A DNA stretch of 63,914 bases, counting the filler, from Candidatus Hydrogenedentota bacterium (lineage in GTDB: Bacteria > JBFMHD01), in NCBI GenBank assembly GCA_040752395.1. It is 17 parts of 17 records of this genome, joined end to end, with 100 filler letters (N's around TTAATTAATTAA, not from the genome) between each part and the next. Parts side by side here need not be neighbours in the genome. Positions count along the whole stretch, not along the records: positions 61,410 to 63,914 come from JBFMHD010000300.1; 16 more parts are not named here. One strand, written 5' to 3'. Below the pieces are notes generated by a model. That model did no database searches. It had not been told where the DNA came from and was given only the letters and a program-made list of their open reading frames with translations. Position numbers and translations under genes: made by a program. Of the stretch, positions 62,018 through 63,914 are shown one piece after another. The stretch's first letter is position 1. The number at the start of each line of letters is the position of its first letter.

Positions 62018-63529
62018 TTAAGCGGCTGATAACTTTGGGATAATGAAGAATTCTTTTAACTGTAGCGCCGTAGAGATAATAGCTTTTCCAAATTTTGTAA
62101 TATAATATTTATAAGAATTTTTGACCTTCTTTATTATATGATGAAGAAGAAGTCGTTTTAGAATTCTTGAAACACCGGCAGAGCTAAGGTTTGAAAGAAA
62201 AGTTCTTATGTCTTTATTTCTGAAACCATTAATAAGGAATTCACCTCGAGAGATAGTTATAAGCAGCCTGAGATCGGATTGGTTGAAGAAGTTGAAACCT
62301 TTTAATGAACGATCGCCTGAATATATAGGCTCGGATACATTAAATAAATTTTTTCTTCCTCGAGTGTTATCCTCGAAGGCAGAAATAAATTCAAGATAGC
62401 GGTTGTTTGAACTTTTTAATAGCTGTCCTAATGCGTACAAACTATAAATGTTCTTTTTCATTTTTGCAAAGCCATAACTTTTAGTTCCGTCTTTCTTATT
62501 AATCTGGCGGAAATGATTAAAATCAGTTACGGAATTAACTGTGGTTTCTATTCTGAGGATAGTAGAGAATTTGTCATATATTTTAATATAATTGCCACCC
62601 TTTCGGTGCTTAATTCTTGTACCAAGAATGCGGTTATTATTAAAATTGTTACCAATTTCACCTTGATAAGCAGGTGATAATTTTTTGCCTAAGAAAGTAG
62701 AAATATTATCAGGCTTAACAGAAAGAGTTACTCTGTAAATTAAATCTTGATAGAATAATTGAAAGTTCGATTGGTTCTTAAAAATGATATCAGTTGAGTA
62801 TTCGGCTTGCATAATACTCCATCGATAGACTTGATTATATTCTTTAAGAAAAGGAAGATATCGATCGGTAAGAATATTGAGAAATTGATGAAGGTCTTCA
62901 ACTCTAAAGTTATCGGATAGAAGCTGAGCTTCGTCAAAACCAGCTATATTTAGGAAAGCATTATCTAGCATTTTGTATGCGATATTTTTATTCTTTAATT
63001 TATGAGCAAGCAGATTATGTCCGTTAAAATAAAATTGTAATCTGAAAGGTGCATAGGTAGGAATCCTAAGGAAGCAGAGACCATAATCTTTATCAATAAA
63101 GTAGATATAATAATGAAGACAGATGCCTTCTTTAGTTTTCAACGAAGAAAGCTTTGTGGTTTTGTTGAAGTGAGGCTTATAATAAAGACAAGGTTCTAAA
63201 ACAGAATAAATATGAACGATACCTTGTTGAATATTCTTTTCAGCAATAATTTTTTGAATGTTGGATTCTTTTGAAAAGGCAGATGGTCTGCGAATGTATT
63301 CGATTTGAATATTATTTTCTTCAGCAACGGATAAAATATTTTTATTAAGGGAGTCTCTTAGGGATTGGGCAAAAATAGGGAAGTCGAAAATTTTAATGTT
63401 GTTGTTAATGGCGAATGAAGTCATCCCTTCAGCATAGCACCACTGCGAAAGGTTTGCTTGAAGGATTACTCTATCATAACAACTAATTATTCCGGCGATT
63501 TGTTTTTTATATTTTTCAGTTAGAAACAT
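62018..63529 (-). CDS. Putative transposase of an IR-less element: Rep_trans-like motifs plus C-terminal winged HTH
   Basis: CYDRVI, CLHYYIYFID, QAEYSTDIIF, IKIYDK, LRIETT, then VSRILKRL...YYITKFG. Confidence 0.65.
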   Translation of the reverse strand: MFLTEKYKKQIAGIISCYDRVILQANLSQWCYAEGMTSFAINNNIKIFDFPIFAQSLRDSLNKNILSVAEENNIQIEYIRRPSAFSKESNIQKIIAEKNIQQGIVHIYSVLEPCLYYKPHFNKTTKLSSLKTKEGICLHYYIYFIDKDYGLCFLRIPTYAPFRLQFYFNGHNLLAHKLKNKNIAYKMLDNAFLNIAGFDEAQLLSDNFRVEDLHQFLNILTDRYLPFLKEYNQVYRWSIMQAEYSTDIIFKNQSNFQLFYQDLIYRVTLSVKPDNISTFLGKKLSPAYQGEIGNNFNNNRILGTRIKHRKGGNYIKIYDKFSTILRIETTVNSVTDFNHFRQINKKDGTKSYGFAKMKKNIYSLYALGQLLKSSNNRYLEFISAFEDNTRGRKNLFNVSEPIYSGDRSLKGFNFFNQSDLRLLITISRGEFLINGFRNKDIRTFLSNLSSAGVSRILKRLLLHHIIKKVKNSYKYYITKFGKAIISTALQLKEFFIIPKLSAA

Positions 63530-63914
63530 AATGCACCTGATTGGAATATTAATTTTTCTTTGGTTCTTTCTTTTGTATAATACAAAAGAAAGAACATAAA
63601 TGAAACTGTATCAAAATTTTATCCTCGATATATATGACTAGAAATCATCAAAAGGTTTTTACTTCTTGGTTCCGGCTCGTCCGGTTTAGGAATTAATAAC
63701 ATTAAATATGAATTTAAAATTGGAATAATTCTTGATAAGTATTATTTGTACTTGTAAATATTGAGGGAATAGAAGTTGCCCTTTCACTTATCCCATAATT
63801 TTTTCACTTCAGGTTTTACATAGATTTTGTTTACTTGCCTGGTAACATTTAACAAATGGAAGTAGTTATGAAAAGATTAATTAACTGTATTTATCTATTT
63901 ATCATTATTTCGGC

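Noticed and set aside
63691-63914. Continuation of the IS630 ORF beyond the Rep_trans-like element
   Set aside because: No recognisable continuation, so a clean nested insertion cannot be claimed.
1-63914. tRNA or rRNA genes
   Set aside because: None recognised by eye. tRNAscan/barrnap were not run.

Overview
This window is not contiguous DNA. It is 17 assembly fragments joined by artificial N-run/TTAATTAATTAA spacers, mostly about 2.5-3 kb each, plus one 17.5 kb piece (24088-41573). The source is an AT-rich diderm bacterium (TolC/RND pump, MlaEFD, GT9, type IV pili), probably a MAG or single-cell assembly. Housekeeping genes include rpmE-prfA-prmC, degP, recO, ychF-ribH-nusB and the 3' end of tuf. 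The most striking signal is a modular dispersed repeat, 14 copies of about 75-290 bp, built from variable-number 7/8-nt repeats arranged as inverted hairpin arms. Its conserved 3' end supplies the Shine-Dalgarno sequence to the gene directly downstream in most copies, and those genes are functionally unrelated. Other notable items: an integrase-less integron remnant (attI-like site, SIMPL cassette with attC, HicB cassette start, orphan half-attC, 128-bp direct repeats); a phage/plasmid-like fragment with a dif-like Xer site, an array of 25-bp pseudo-palindromes and two antisense-type promoter leaders; an IR-less putative mobile element encoding a Rep_trans-like/wHTH protein; an AEP primase-like orphan; and an IS1380 in a pilus locus. 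All product calls come from motif recognition by eye; no searches were run.
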